Below the pieces are notes generated by a model, which was not told the DNA's origin, did no database searches, and saw only the letters and a program-made list of their open reading frames with translations. Position numbers and translations under genes: made by a program. Of a stretch of 64,000 bases of DNA, positions 47,902 to 57,333 are shown one piece after another. The DNA is from Thermodesulfobacteriota bacterium (GTDB lineage: Bacteria; Desulfobacterota_D; UBA1144; Nemesobacterales; Mycalebacteriaceae): the NCBI GenBank assembly GCA_965226585.1, contig OZ245366.1, positions 768,001 to 832,000 of the forward strand, in the 5' to 3' direction. The first letter of the stretch is position 1; every line of letters begins with the position of its first letter.

Positions 47902-49866
47902 GTGCCGATGAGGGAACGTGTGAACGGCTTGAGAGTTGCCGCCTTTGAGAGCAGGCGCGCAAAAGAGATAGAGGATTTAATCGTGTCCGGCGGCGGAGTT
48001 CCGTCTGTCGCGCCTTCCATGCTTGAGTCTCCGGTCAAACAGCCGGGGGCTGTGTGGGATTTTGCCTCGCGTCTTTTCAGCGGCAAAACGGATGTTCTGA
48101 TACTTCTGACCGCAACCGGGGCGGAGATGATGTCTGAACTGATAATATCAAAATACGGCAGGCGTGAATACGTTAACGCGCTCGGAAAAATCAGGATAGT
48201 TTGCCGGGGTCCCAAAACGGTTTCCGCCCTGAAGGGAATTGGCGTTACGCCCGAAACCGGCGTCAGCGAGCCTGCCACGTGGAGGGAGATAGTTTCCTGC
48301 GCGGAAAACGCGGGACTGCTTCGGGGGGCGCGGGTTGAGGTTCAGCAGTCGGGAGCGGCAAACCCGCAACTGATGAGGGCTCTGAAAAAACGCGGAGCGA
48401 AGGCGCGCTCGTTTTCCGTCTATAAATGGAAACTTCCCGAAAACACCGGACGGCTTGAAAACATAGTCCGCGAGGTTGCCGCCGGAAAACAGGACGCAGT
48501 TCTTTTCACAAGTTCACAGCAAGTTGTGAACGTGATGAACACCGCCCGCCGCGCCGGAGTTGAAACGGCTCTGAAAAAAGGGCTTTCCGCAACCGCGGTC
48601 GGTTCAGTCGGTCCGTCCACAACCGCAACCCTTAAACGGTTCGGCATACCGGTTGACCACGAGCCCGACGGGGCGAAGATGGAAACCCTTGTTACAGACA
48701 TCATGGCGCGGGGCGGCGCGCTTGCGGAAAAAAAGAGACGCGCCCTAAAAAACGGCGTTGACACTCTCAAGTGGAAGCGGATTGACATGGTTTGGTCGCG
48801 CGCGAAGCGGGCACCGGCAGTGCGCGATTCACTTTTTATGAAAGCGTGCAGACTTGAAAAAACCGCGCGGCCTCCGGTCTGGATTATGAGGCAGGCGGGC
48901 AGATACCTCAGGGAATACAGGGAGATACGGGCAAAGGTTCCGTTTCTTGAACTGTGCAAAACCCCCGAACTGGCGGCTGAGGTTACGCTCATGCCCGTTG
49001 ACAAATTCGGTTTTGACGCCGCCATAATTTTTGCTGACATACTTCTCATCCTTGAGCCGCTCGGAATAAAAATAGAGTTTTCAAAGGGCGACGGGCCCCG
49101 GATAAAAAACACCGCGCGAACCTCAGCCGCCGTTGACGCGCTCAGAGAGTTTGACCCTTCGGAAACGGGCTATGTGTGCGACGCGATTAAAATTGTGAGA
49201 AGGGCGCTAACCCCGCAAGCCGCGCTTCTGGGGTTTGCCGGCGCGCCGTTCACCGTTGCCTCATACCTTATAGAAGGGGGCGGCTCGTCAACCTACGCGA
49301 ACACGAAAAACCTTATGCGCACCGACCCCGGACTGTGGAACGCGCTTATGGAAAAACTCTCATCCGCCACCGCGAAATATCTCCGCGCCCAGATAAAAGC
49401 CGGCGCAGATGCGGTTCAGATTTTTGACAGCTGGGCGGGCTGTCTCACCCCTGACGACTACTCGCGCTATGTTCTGCCTCACACAAAGGCGGTTTTTGAC
49501 GCTCTGCCGCAAAATGTTCCGGCGATTCATTTTGCCGCCCGCGCCGGCTCGCTTTTGCCGCTGATGAAAAAGGCGGGCGGAAGCGTGATGGGAGTTGATT
49601 GGACGGTTGACCTTGCCGCCGCATGGAAAACAGTCGGGCACAAGACCGCCATCCAGGGAAATCTTGACCCCGCCGTTTTGCTTTCAAACCGCGCCGTTAT
49701 GGAAAAAGAGGTTGTCTCGGTTCTCAAAAAAGCGGGCGGTCGTCCCGGGCATATTTTCAATCTCGGACACGGCGTGATGCCCGCGACACGAGCGGAAAAT
49801 GTTCTCGCGCTTGTTGAAAAAGTTAAAGCTTTTTCCGCCTGCGGGCGGGAGAGAGGGAGAGGATGA
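47902..49866 (+). CDS. hemE: Fused uroporphyrinogen-III synthase (HemD-like) and uroporphyrinogen decarboxylase
   Basis: N-terminal HemD: ESRRA.E, RGPKT, VYKW, FTSS.QV, VGP.T; C-terminal HemE: PVWIMRQAGRYL, GFAGAPFT, QIFDSW, QGNLDP, NLGHG. Confidence 0.9.
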   Translation: MPMRERVNGLRVAAFESRRAKEIEDLIVSGGGVPSVAPSMLESPVKQPGAVWDFASRLFSGKTDVLILLTATGAEMMSELIISKYGRREYVNALGKIRIVCRGPKTVSALKGIGVTPETGVSEPATWREIVSCAENAGLLRGARVEVQQSGAANPQLMRALKKRGAKARSFSVYKWKLPENTGRLENIVREVAAGKQDAVLFTSSQQVVNVMNTARRAGVETALKKGLSATAVGSVGPSTTATLKRFGIPVDHEPDGAKMETLVTDIMARGGALAEKKRRALKNGVDTLKWKRIDMVWSRAKRAPAVRDSLFMKACRLEKTARPPVWIMRQAGRYLREYREIRAKVPFLELCKTPELAAEVTLMPVDKFGFDAAIIFADILLILEPLGIKIEFSKGDGPRIKNTARTSAAVDALREFDPSETGYVCDAIKIVRRALTPQAALLGFAGAPFTVASYLIEGGGSSTYANTKNLMRTDPGLWNALMEKLSSATAKYLRAQIKAGADAVQIFDSWAGCLTPDDYSRYVLPHTKAVFDALPQNVPAIHFAARAGSLLPLMKKAGGSVMGVDWTVDLAAAWKTVGHKTAIQGNLDPAVLLSNRAVMEKEVVSVLKKAGGRPGHIFNLGHGVMPATRAENVLALVEKVKAFSACGRERGRG

Positions 49867-50783
49867 ACGATTTTGATTCCATTGTTCTTGTCGGCTACGG
49901 AGCCCCGGAAAAAGCGGAGGATGTGCCGGAATTTTTGCGTATTGTGGCAAAGGGTTTTTCCATTCCGGAGCGCAGAATGAAAGAGGTTGAAAGCCATTAC
50001 AGGCAGGTTGGCGGCGGCTCTCCCCTTAACGAGTTGACCCGGCGGCAGGCGGAGGGGCTGAGAAAGTTTCTTGAAAAGGGCGGCGTGAAACTGCCCGTTT
50101 ATATGGCGATGAGAAATTGGCATCCGTTCACTGATGACACCGTTGCGGAGATGAAACGCAACGGGCACAAGAAATGTGTCGCGCTGATAATGGCGCTTCA
50201 CCAGTGCGACACAAGTTGGGAGAGATACCAGCGCGAACTGGAATCAGCGGCTGAAAAAGCGGGCGCGGAGATTGAGTTTGTCTATCCGCCGCCGCTGTTT
50301 GATGATGCCCTTTTTATAGAAAACTGCGCCGACAGAGTTGCCGAGCAAATAGCGAAACTTCCCGGCGGACGGCTTTCTGAAACCTCAAAACTCATATTCA
50401 CCGCCCACAGCATACCGCTTGAAATGCCCGGCTCCGACACCTATAAAAAACAGTTTTTCAAAACCTGCGAACTGACCGCGAAAAAACTTGGTGCGGAAGA
50501 TTTTCTCATCGCCTGGCAGAGCAGAAGCGGCAGTCCGTCTCAGGCGTGGTTTGAGCCCGACATATGCGACGTTATAAGCGGACTCGGCGGCGGGGTGAGC
50601 CGCATAGTTGTTCAGCCCATAGGTTTTGTGTGCGACCACGTTGAGGTTCTCTACGACATCGGGGTTGAGGCGGAGTTGGCGGCGCGCGAAGCGGGAATAG
50701 AAATGTTTGCCGCAAAAACCGTGAATGACGACCCGAAGTTTATACGCGCTCTGGCGGAGGCGGTTTTGAAAGCCGCCGGATAG
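49863..50783 (+). CDS. hemH: Ferrochelatase (likely coproporphyrin type)
   Basis: YG.PE, GG.SPL, MRNWHPF, FTAHS, WQS, GFVCDHVEVLYD. Confidence 0.9.
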   Translation: MNDFDSIVLVGYGAPEKAEDVPEFLRIVAKGFSIPERRMKEVESHYRQVGGGSPLNELTRRQAEGLRKFLEKGGVKLPVYMAMRNWHPFTDDTVAEMKRNGHKKCVALIMALHQCDTSWERYQRELESAAEKAGAEIEFVYPPPLFDDALFIENCADRVAEQIAKLPGGRLSETSKLIFTAHSIPLEMPGSDTYKKQFFKTCELTAKKLGAEDFLIAWQSRSGSPSQAWFEPDICDVISGLGGGVSRIVVQPIGFVCDHVEVLYDIGVEAELAAREAGIEMFAAKTVNDDPKFIRALAEAVLKAAG

Positions 50784-50807
50784 CTGCGCGCTTCCGCGAA
50801 TTTTCCA

Positions 50808-52214
50808 ATGAACGGACGGAAAAAAATTGCCGTTATCGGCGGCGGAATAGCCGGGCTTGCCGCCGCCCTTGAAGTCTGCGCGGATGCGGAAGTTGAGATT
50901 CTTGAGGCGGCGGGTTCGGTGGGCGGAGTTGTTTCCACTTTGCGCGAGGGCGGGTTTGTTATTGAGCGCGGTCCCGACTCTTTTTTCTCTGACGAAGAGA
51001 CGGCCGGGTTTCTTTCAAAAATCGGCATTTCAGGCGACCGTCTTGTTGCCGCTTCGGAACGCGGACGCAGGGTTTTCATAATGAGCAACGGCCGGGCGGT
51101 CGCGCTTCCCGAAGGTTTTTTTATGACGGCTCCGCGCAAACTCGCGCCTTTTCTCGCAAGCCCGCTTTTTTCATTTTCCTGCAAGTTGAGAACTCTTGCC
51201 GAGTTTTTTGTTCCCGCCCGCAGGGGCGGCACAGAGGAGAGCGTTGCCGATTTTGTGCGCAGAAGATTCGGCGATGAAATTTTAGCAAAAGCCGCCGCCC
51301 CGCTTGTGGGCGGAATATATTGCGCCCCGCCCGAAGTTTTGGGCGCGGAATCCGCTCTGCCGGAGTTTGTCGCCATGGAGAGAGCGCGCGGAAGCGTGCT
51401 TCGCGGCTTGCTCGGTCGCGGAGAAGGGAAGGGCGAAAGCGGGGCGAGATTTGGCAGGTTTTTCTCTCCGGCGGGAGGGATGTCGGAAATAGTTGAAGCC
51501 GCCGTCCGCGCGCTTCCGCAAAACTGTGTCAGAACTGGTTTTGAGGTTTCATCTCTTGTTAAAAAAGGCGGGGCGTGGGAGATAGTTTCAAACAAAGGCG
51601 AAACGGCGCGGGCGGACGCCATTGTTGTTGCCGCGCCGTGTGGAGCCGCGTCTTCAATGCTTTCGGACACAGACGCGGAACTGTCGGCTCTGCTTGCGTC
51701 TGTCAGATATTCATCCTGCGCGGTGGCAAGCCTTGCCTATGGCAACGACTTGCTCACCGGAGTTCCGGACGGGTTCGGGGTTCTGTTTCCGGACACGGAG
51801 CCGGGGAGGGTTTTTGCGTGCTCTTTTCTGAGCCGGAAATTTCCGGGCAGAGCGCCCGGCGGGCAGACGATTATAAGGTTTTTTATGGGCGGCGATGATG
51901 TGTGCGGTTTGTCCGGTGAAGAGATAGTTTCGCGCGCGCGGGATACGGCTCGCGAAGTTTTCCGCGCTTCGGGCGAGCCCTCGGTCGCGGCGGTTGGAAA
52001 CTACCGCCGCCGGATGCCCGTTTACGAACCGGGGCATAAAGAACTTGTGAGCCGCATAATGAACGCCGCCCGCAGAACGGGCGGAATCGCGCTTGCGGGC
52101 GCGGCATACGGCGGGGTCGGAATACCGGACTGCATACGCGGCGGCAGACGGGCGGGCGCAGACGCGCTTGGGCTCGCAAGCCGTGATTTGAGAAAACCGC
52201 GAGGAGAGGGGTAA
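50808..52214 (+). CDS. hemY: HemY-type (copro/proto)porphyrinogen oxidase
   Basis: IGGGIAGL, ERGPDSF, ESVA.F..RRFG, G.GIPDCI. Confidence 0.9.
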   Translation: MNGRKKIAVIGGGIAGLAAALEVCADAEVEILEAAGSVGGVVSTLREGGFVIERGPDSFFSDEETAGFLSKIGISGDRLVAASERGRRVFIMSNGRAVALPEGFFMTAPRKLAPFLASPLFSFSCKLRTLAEFFVPARRGGTEESVADFVRRRFGDEILAKAAAPLVGGIYCAPPEVLGAESALPEFVAMERARGSVLRGLLGRGEGKGESGARFGRFFSPAGGMSEIVEAAVRALPQNCVRTGFEVSSLVKKGGAWEIVSNKGETARADAIVVAAPCGAASSMLSDTDAELSALLASVRYSSCAVASLAYGNDLLTGVPDGFGVLFPDTEPGRVFACSFLSRKFPGRAPGGQTIIRFFMGGDDVCGLSGEEIVSRARDTAREVFRASGEPSVAAVGNYRRRMPVYEPGHKELVSRIMNAARRTGGIALAGAAYGGVGIPDCIRGGRRAGADALGLASRDLRKPRGEG

Positions 52215-52249
52215 AATAAGCCCGATTAAATTCCAGTTGGAGGTGATTT

Positions 52250-53011
52250 ATGAGGCTTAAAGGAAAAGTTGCTTTAATAACGGGCGGAAGCCTGGGGCTT
52301 GGAAAAGCCACGGCGATTCTGTTCGCTCAGGAAGGGGCGGCTGTCGTGATTACCGGCAGAACCGAGAAAACGCTTCAGGATGCGGCTTCGGAAGCCGAAA
52401 ACAAGGGAGTAAAAATAGAGTATCTCGTGAGCGATGTTGCCAAAGAAGACGACTGCAAAAGCGCGGTTGAGGAGACGGTGAAGCGGCACGGACGCGTAGA
52501 CATTCTTTTCAACAACGCCGGAGTTCTCTCAGGCGCTCCCACGCACGAGACGGCGATTGAGGAGTGGGACAGGATTTTTTCAATCAACGTGCGCGGAACC
52601 TTTATGATGTCCAAGTTCACAATTCCGCACATGCTTGCCGCGGGCGGCGGGTGCATAGTGAACAACTCATCCGTTCTCGGTCTGAAGGCGGTCGCGGGAT
52701 TTACTTCCTATGTTTCTTCAAAGGGCGCGGTTACTCAGCTTACAAGGGCAATGGCTCTTGACTACGCCGGGCAGGGCATAAGGGTGAACGCAATATGCCC
52801 GGGCGCGATTGTGACTCCCATGGTAACAAACATAATTGACTCCATGGAAGACAAGCAGGCGGCCGAAGATTTGCTGACCTCTTTTCACCCGGTCGGGCGT
52901 ATGGGAGAGCCGGAAGAGGTGGCAAAGGCGATGCTTTTCCTCTGCGAGGACGGCGTTGGCTTTATGACCGGCACGATGCTTTCCGTTGACGGCGGCTGGA
53001 TAGCAAAGTAG
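52250..53011 (+). CDS. Short-chain dehydrogenase/reductase
   Basis: TGGSLGLG, NNAG, YVSSK (YxxxK), IRVNAICPG. Confidence 0.9.
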   Translation: MRLKGKVALITGGSLGLGKATAILFAQEGAAVVITGRTEKTLQDAASEAENKGVKIEYLVSDVAKEDDCKSAVEETVKRHGRVDILFNNAGVLSGAPTHETAIEEWDRIFSINVRGTFMMSKFTIPHMLAAGGGCIVNNSSVLGLKAVAGFTSYVSSKGAVTQLTRAMALDYAGQGIRVNAICPGAIVTPMVTNIIDSMEDKQAAEDLLTSFHPVGRMGEPEEVAKAMLFLCEDGVGFMTGTMLSVDGGWIAK

Positions 53012-53025
53012 CGGTTCTGTTTCTT

Positions 53026-53097
53026 GCCGACGTAGCTCAGTGGCAGAGCAGCTCACTCGTAATGAGCAGGTCAGGGGTTCGACTCCCCTCGTCGGCT
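53026..53097 (+). tRNA. tRNA-Thr(CGT), CCA not encoded
   Basis: GCCGACG/CGTCGGC acceptor, GCTCA-CTCGTAA-TGAGC, GTTCGACTC. Confidence 0.95.
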
Positions 53098-53113
53098 TTC
53101 ACGGCAACATTAT

Positions 53114-53479
53114 ATGAACGATTTCACCGTACAGAGAAGGGATATGAAAACCGCTTTTTCAAAGGCGCGAGTTTTCGCGGTGAGCAGAAAGATAGTTCCC
53201 GGCTCCGGCGGTTTTGATGCGGTCGTGGAGGGAAAACTTGGCGACGCGGGCGTTCGCACGGTTCTGTTTGACAGGGCGGACGAGGTTGCCCCGGACGGAA
53301 CGGTTTTTCTGGCGTTCAGCGTTGAAGACACTCCGGTTGCGGACAGGTCGGTTTTTTTTGCCGCTCCGGCGTCCGCGCCTCTTGAAGTGAAGATGCTCTG
53401 CGCCTACGTTTCAAATCTGGACGGGCATGAAGCCGCGCGGGAGATGGCGGATTTGATAATAACGGCGAAGAAGTCATAA
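53114..53479 (+). CDS. Hypothetical protein with KdsC/HAD-like C-terminus, degenerate
   Basis: APASA..EVK....YV....GH.A.RE..DLI..AK resembles the KdsC C-terminus; no DxD motif. Confidence 0.45.
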   Translation: MNDFTVQRRDMKTAFSKARVFAVSRKIVPGSGGFDAVVEGKLGDAGVRTVLFDRADEVAPDGTVFLAFSVEDTPVADRSVFFAAPASAPLEVKMLCAYVSNLDGHEAAREMADLIITAKKS

Positions 53480-53496
53480 TTTCGGCAATTTCAGAT

Positions 53497-53925
53497 ATGG
53501 AAAAGATAAGCGGAAAAGATATAAAAGAAGTGAAGAAGGCGCAGGAGATGTTCTACGAAGCCCTGAACAAAGCCGACATTGAAATGATGGAGCAGGTGTG
53601 GGTTGCCGGCGGTCGGGCGAAGTGCATCCACCCGGGCTGGCCCGTGATAAAGGGCTGGGACGCCATAAAGGCGAGCTGGATGAGCATTTTTGAATCAGGC
53701 GAACTCGCGAGCATAGAGATGTCTGATGTGATGATTGATGTTGGCGAAAAGGCGGCTCTTGCCAACTGTGTTGAGAAACTCAACCATTTTGTTGAAGGCA
53801 ACGTGGTTGTAACCTTCGCGCAGGCGACAAACATATTTGAGATTACCGACAGCGGCTGGAAAATAACTCTTCACCACGCGTCCCCGATTCCTGTAAAATC
53901 AACGCCGGAGGATGAATTACAATGA
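53497..53925 (+). CDS. NTF2/SnoaL-like protein
   Basis: FYEA....D...M..VW, CIHPGW, ATNIF....GWK...HHAS. Confidence 0.8.
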   Translation: MEKISGKDIKEVKKAQEMFYEALNKADIEMMEQVWVAGGRAKCIHPGWPVIKGWDAIKASWMSIFESGELASIEMSDVMIDVGEKAALANCVEKLNHFVEGNVVVTFAQATNIFEITDSGWKITLHHASPIPVKSTPEDELQ

Positions 53926-54170
53926 TGACACTTGAAGAATTTCGCGCCGTTCTCGGATGGTGCGCCCTGATAAATTACGGTCTGATTATTTTGTGGCTGT
54001 TGTTTTTCAAGATGGCGCACGGGTGGATGTACAAACTTCACGGAAAGTTTTTCAACATGACGCCGGAGAAGTTTGACTCCTCACACTTCAAACTGATGGG
54101 GATTTTCGAGATACTGGTTCTCGTTTTCAATCTGGTTCCGTATCTCGTCCTGCGAATTGTGTTTGGCTGA
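53922..54170 (+). CDS. Small two-TM membrane protein (DUF6868-like)
   Basis: LGWC..IN, Y.LH...F, FNLVPY..L. Confidence 0.6.
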   Translation: MMTLEEFRAVLGWCALINYGLIILWLLFFKMAHGWMYKLHGKFFNMTPEKFDSSHFKLMGIFEILVLVFNLVPYLVLRIVFG

Positions 54171-54176
54171 AACGCC

Positions 54177-54839
54177 CTAAACGCTGTTTATAAAAACCGC
54201 CTGTTTGTTGAATCTTCCGTCCAGAGCGATGTCAACAACCGCTTTTGCGAGTTCCGGGGCGCGCACTTTTGAGCCGGTCAGTTTTGACGGCGTTATGTTC
54301 GCGTCTCTCTCGTAGTCTCCGGGCACTATCCAGGGCGGGCGCACGACCGTCCAGTCAAGTTCGCTTCCTTTGAGAATTTCGTATTCCTTCTGTTTGTCCG
54401 CGAGCATTTTTTTCAAGTTCCCGCTTGTTTTGGCGAACAGATAAGCCGCCGCGCTGAAAAACTTTCCCCTGACGCTGAACTTGTCTTCCGGCACGGAAAC
54501 GCTTGCGCCTGAAACCGTTACGTAGCGCGATATTCCCGCCTCCGGCATAAGGCGCGACAGGTGGAGCGCGGCGCTTGAATGAACCTTAAATCCGGTCTGC
54601 AAATCTCTGGGACCGAGAGCGGCAACAACAATATCCGCCCCCCGTATCAGTTCCGCTACCGCAAGCGGGTTTGTCGCGTCACCCTTAATTATCTCAATTC
54701 CGCCGCCCGGGTCTTCGGGAAGGGCGGGCATTTTGCGCGGGTCTCTCACAAGGGCGCGCGCTTTATGCCCGGCGCGCAGGCAGTATCGCGCCGTCAGCAT
54801 GCCGGTGTTTCCGGTCGCGCCGAAAATGGCAAAGGTCAT
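54177..54839 (-). CDS. NAD(P)H-binding oxidoreductase (flavin/biliverdin reductase-like)
   Basis: IFGATGNTG, LVRDP, LDWTVVRP. Confidence 0.85.
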   Translation of the reverse strand: MTFAIFGATGNTGMLTARYCLRAGHKARALVRDPRKMPALPEDPGGGIEIIKGDATNPLAVAELIRGADIVVAALGPRDLQTGFKVHSSAALHLSRLMPEAGISRYVTVSGASVSVPEDKFSVRGKFFSAAAYLFAKTSGNLKKMLADKQKEYEILKGSELDWTVVRPPWIVPGDYERDANITPSKLTGSKVRAPELAKAVVDIALDGRFNKQAVFINSV

Positions 54840-55858
54840 TCGGCTTCTCTCTCTCTTATCTCTTCAAGCATCATCCCCGCTCTGTTCACAAGAGTTCGCA
54901 CGTTTTCCCCCGTAACCGCGGAGATGGCGACCGCTTCAATCCCTTTTCCGGCAAGAATCTTTTTCAGTCGCTCCGTGTTTTCCCCGGCTTCGGGAATATC
55001 GGTTTTGTTCAGAGCCACTATCTGTGGTTTGTTTGCGAGTTCGCGGTTGTGCAGACGCAGTTCAGAGTTTATTTTTTCGTAGTCTTCAAAGGGATCCCTT
55101 TTCGTGAACGGCGACATATCTATCATGTGGATAAGAAGTTTTGTTCTCTCAACATGACGCAGAAAGCGCGTTCCAAGCCCCGCTCCTTTGTGCGCCCCTT
55201 CAATAATTCCGGGTATGTCCGCCATTATGAAGGTTTTGTAGTCGCCCCATTTGACGACCCCCAGATTGGGAACAAGGGTTGTGAACGGGTAGTCCGCTAT
55301 TTTGGGTTTTGCCGCAGACGCTTTTGATATCAGCGTTGATTTGCCCGCGTTTGGAAATCCCGTTATCCCGACATCGGCAAGCAGTTTCAACTCAAGAAAA
55401 ATTTCCGCTTTCTCTCCGGGTTTTCCGTCATCCGCTCTGCGCGGAGCCTGATTTGTTGATGTTTTGAAACTCGCGTTTCCTCTTCCGCCGCGCCCGCCTT
55501 TTGCCGCCGTAACGCTGTCTCCGGGCGCGCTCAAATCTGCCATAATTTCCCCGGTCTCAAAGTTTTTCACCGTTGTTCCGACCGGAACCGTTATCACCAT
55601 TTCCTCTCCGCCGCCGCCGTGTTTGTCGCCGCCGCCGCCGTGAGTTCCGCGTCCGGCGCGGTAGTGTCTTTTATATCGGCAGTCAAGAAGAGAGCCGACT
55701 TGAGGGCTTGCCTTGATTACAACATCCCCGCCATTGCCGCCGTTACCGCCGTTTGGACCTCCTCGCGGAACGTGTTTTTCCCGCCGGAAGCTCATGCATC
55801 CTTTGCCGCCCGCTCCGGACTGAACGTATATCTTCGCTTCGTCTATAAATTTGACCAT
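54836..55858 (-). CDS. obgE: GTPase Obg
   Basis: FIDEA, SFRREK.VP.GGP.GG.GG, GFPNAGKS, YPFTTL, DIPG, NKTD. Confidence 0.95.
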   Translation of the reverse strand: MVKFIDEAKIYVQSGAGGKGCMSFRREKHVPRGGPNGGNGGNGGDVVIKASPQVGSLLDCRYKRHYRAGRGTHGGGGDKHGGGGEEMVITVPVGTTVKNFETGEIMADLSAPGDSVTAAKGGRGGRGNASFKTSTNQAPRRADDGKPGEKAEIFLELKLLADVGITGFPNAGKSTLISKASAAKPKIADYPFTTLVPNLGVVKWGDYKTFIMADIPGIIEGAHKGAGLGTRFLRHVERTKLLIHMIDMSPFTKRDPFEDYEKINSELRLHNRELANKPQIVALNKTDIPEAGENTERLKKILAGKGIEAVAISAVTGENVRTLVNRAGMMLEEIREREAE

Positions 55859-55915
55859 TTGAACGCTGTATTATACTTGCTTCAGTTTCACCGCAGGCGG
55901 AGCGGCTGAGCAAAA

Positions 55916-56800
55916 ATGAGTAAAAACATAAAATTCGGCTTGTGCCTTCCAATCAGGATTGACACGGACGCAGGCTTCTGCGTTGACCTCGCGGTGAGGG
56001 CGGAGGCGTTGGGTTTTGATTCTGTCTGGGCGAGCGACCACACGGTTATTCCCTCAAGCAGGGTGGGCAGATTCAGCAGGGTTTTTCACGACCCTTTTGT
56101 TCTTCTCTCCGCCGCCGCCGCGCGCACAACAAGAATAAAAGTGGGGCTGAGTGTTCTCATCGCCCCTTACAGAAATCCCCTGATTGCCGCAAAATCGGTT
56201 GCCACTCTTGATGAAGTTTCAAAGGGAAGGGCGCTTCTGGGCGTGGGGGCGGGATGGATGAAGAGAGAGTTTGACATTCTCGGCGCGGAGTTTGAAAGGC
56301 GCGGCGCGTACACAGACGAGGCGATAGATGTGTTCAGGGAATTGTGGGGTTCAGACACACCGGAGTTCAGTGGAGAGTTCACGGAGTTTTCAGACATCGC
56401 TTTCTATCCGAAACCCTTAAGCGGCGGAAAACTTCCGATATACGTGGGCGGCAACGGGGAGAAGTCCGCCGCCCGCGCCGCGCAAAAGGGAGACGGATGG
56501 CAGCCGACCGGAATGTCGCCCGCCGGATATGCTGAAAAAAGCGCGTTTATAAAGAACGCCGTCAAAGGGCGGAGCGATTTTGTTTTCTCCGTGAGAAACC
56601 GCGTTTCTTTCGGCAGTGAAAGCGCGAAGGGCTCTATGTACACCTTTTCCGGCGATGCCGGCAATGTATGCCGCGAAGTGGAAAAGTTTTCTGAAGCCGG
56701 AGTAACCCTTGTTCTGTTTGACCCCGAAGCGGATACAACGGAGGGGATAACGGAGATTGTGGAGATTCTCGGCTCAGACATTCTTCCGCGCTTCCGGTGA
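55916..56800 (+). CDS. LLM-class (probably F420-dependent) oxidoreductase
   Basis: AEALGFDSVW.SDH, DP...L...AA.T, GVGAGW...EF, GDGW. Confidence 0.8.
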   Translation: MSKNIKFGLCLPIRIDTDAGFCVDLAVRAEALGFDSVWASDHTVIPSSRVGRFSRVFHDPFVLLSAAAARTTRIKVGLSVLIAPYRNPLIAAKSVATLDEVSKGRALLGVGAGWMKREFDILGAEFERRGAYTDEAIDVFRELWGSDTPEFSGEFTEFSDIAFYPKPLSGGKLPIYVGGNGEKSAARAAQKGDGWQPTGMSPAGYAEKSAFIKNAVKGRSDFVFSVRNRVSFGSESAKGSMYTFSGDAGNVCREVEKFSEAGVTLVLFDPEADTTEGITEIVEILGSDILPRFR

Positions 56801-56819
56801 TGGCGGCGGGTCGCGGTTT

Positions 56820-57239
56820 CTATTTGACCTTCACGGGTTTTATCCCGCTTTTGTCGGCTATCTCTTTTATGATGCCGTTCCAGTAGACCCACCAGTGGGA
56901 ATCCTCTTTGTGATTGCCAAGTTGCTGTTGAGCGTAGAGCAGGGCGTGCTCCGGTTTGTTCTGATACAGAAGCAGTTTTTCCGCCGCCTCTTTTATCTCT
57001 TTCTCATCAACGGGGATTGCGTCAAGTTGTGTCTGGAGAGCGTTTTTTATCGCCGCTATCTCCCCAAGCACAACATCCATTCCGTCTGCTATGCGCTCGC
57101 ACTGCGGCTCCACATCGCCTTCAAGAGACGGGTTTTGCTTTTTCATCAGGTCGGAAAAATCGCGCAGTTTGTCCGCCGTGTCGCGAGCCTTGTTTGTCTC
57201 TATGATTATCTTTGTTATCGCTTTTGCGGTGAGAGCCAT
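56820..57239 (-). CDS. Hypothetical helical protein
   Basis: AGGAG RBS; 139-aa ORF filling the gap between genes. Confidence 0.65.
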   Translation of the reverse strand: MALTAKAITKIIIETNKARDTADKLRDFSDLMKKQNPSLEGDVEPQCERIADGMDVVLGEIAAIKNALQTQLDAIPVDEKEIKEAAEKLLLYQNKPEHALLYAQQQLGNHKEDSHWWVYWNGIIKEIADKSGIKPVKVK

Positions 57240-57333
57240 TTTGTTACTCCTTGTTCCCTGCGATTCTTTCCGCCCGGAACGCTGTAAATATATTACGCGG
57301 GAATGCGGTTTGCCAAAAAACAGGCGTTTGATT

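Noticed and set aside
29404..53097. tRNA-anchored genomic island or prophage
   Set aside because: No integrase, phage genes or duplicated tRNA 3' ends seen at the Ser, Leu or Thr tRNAs
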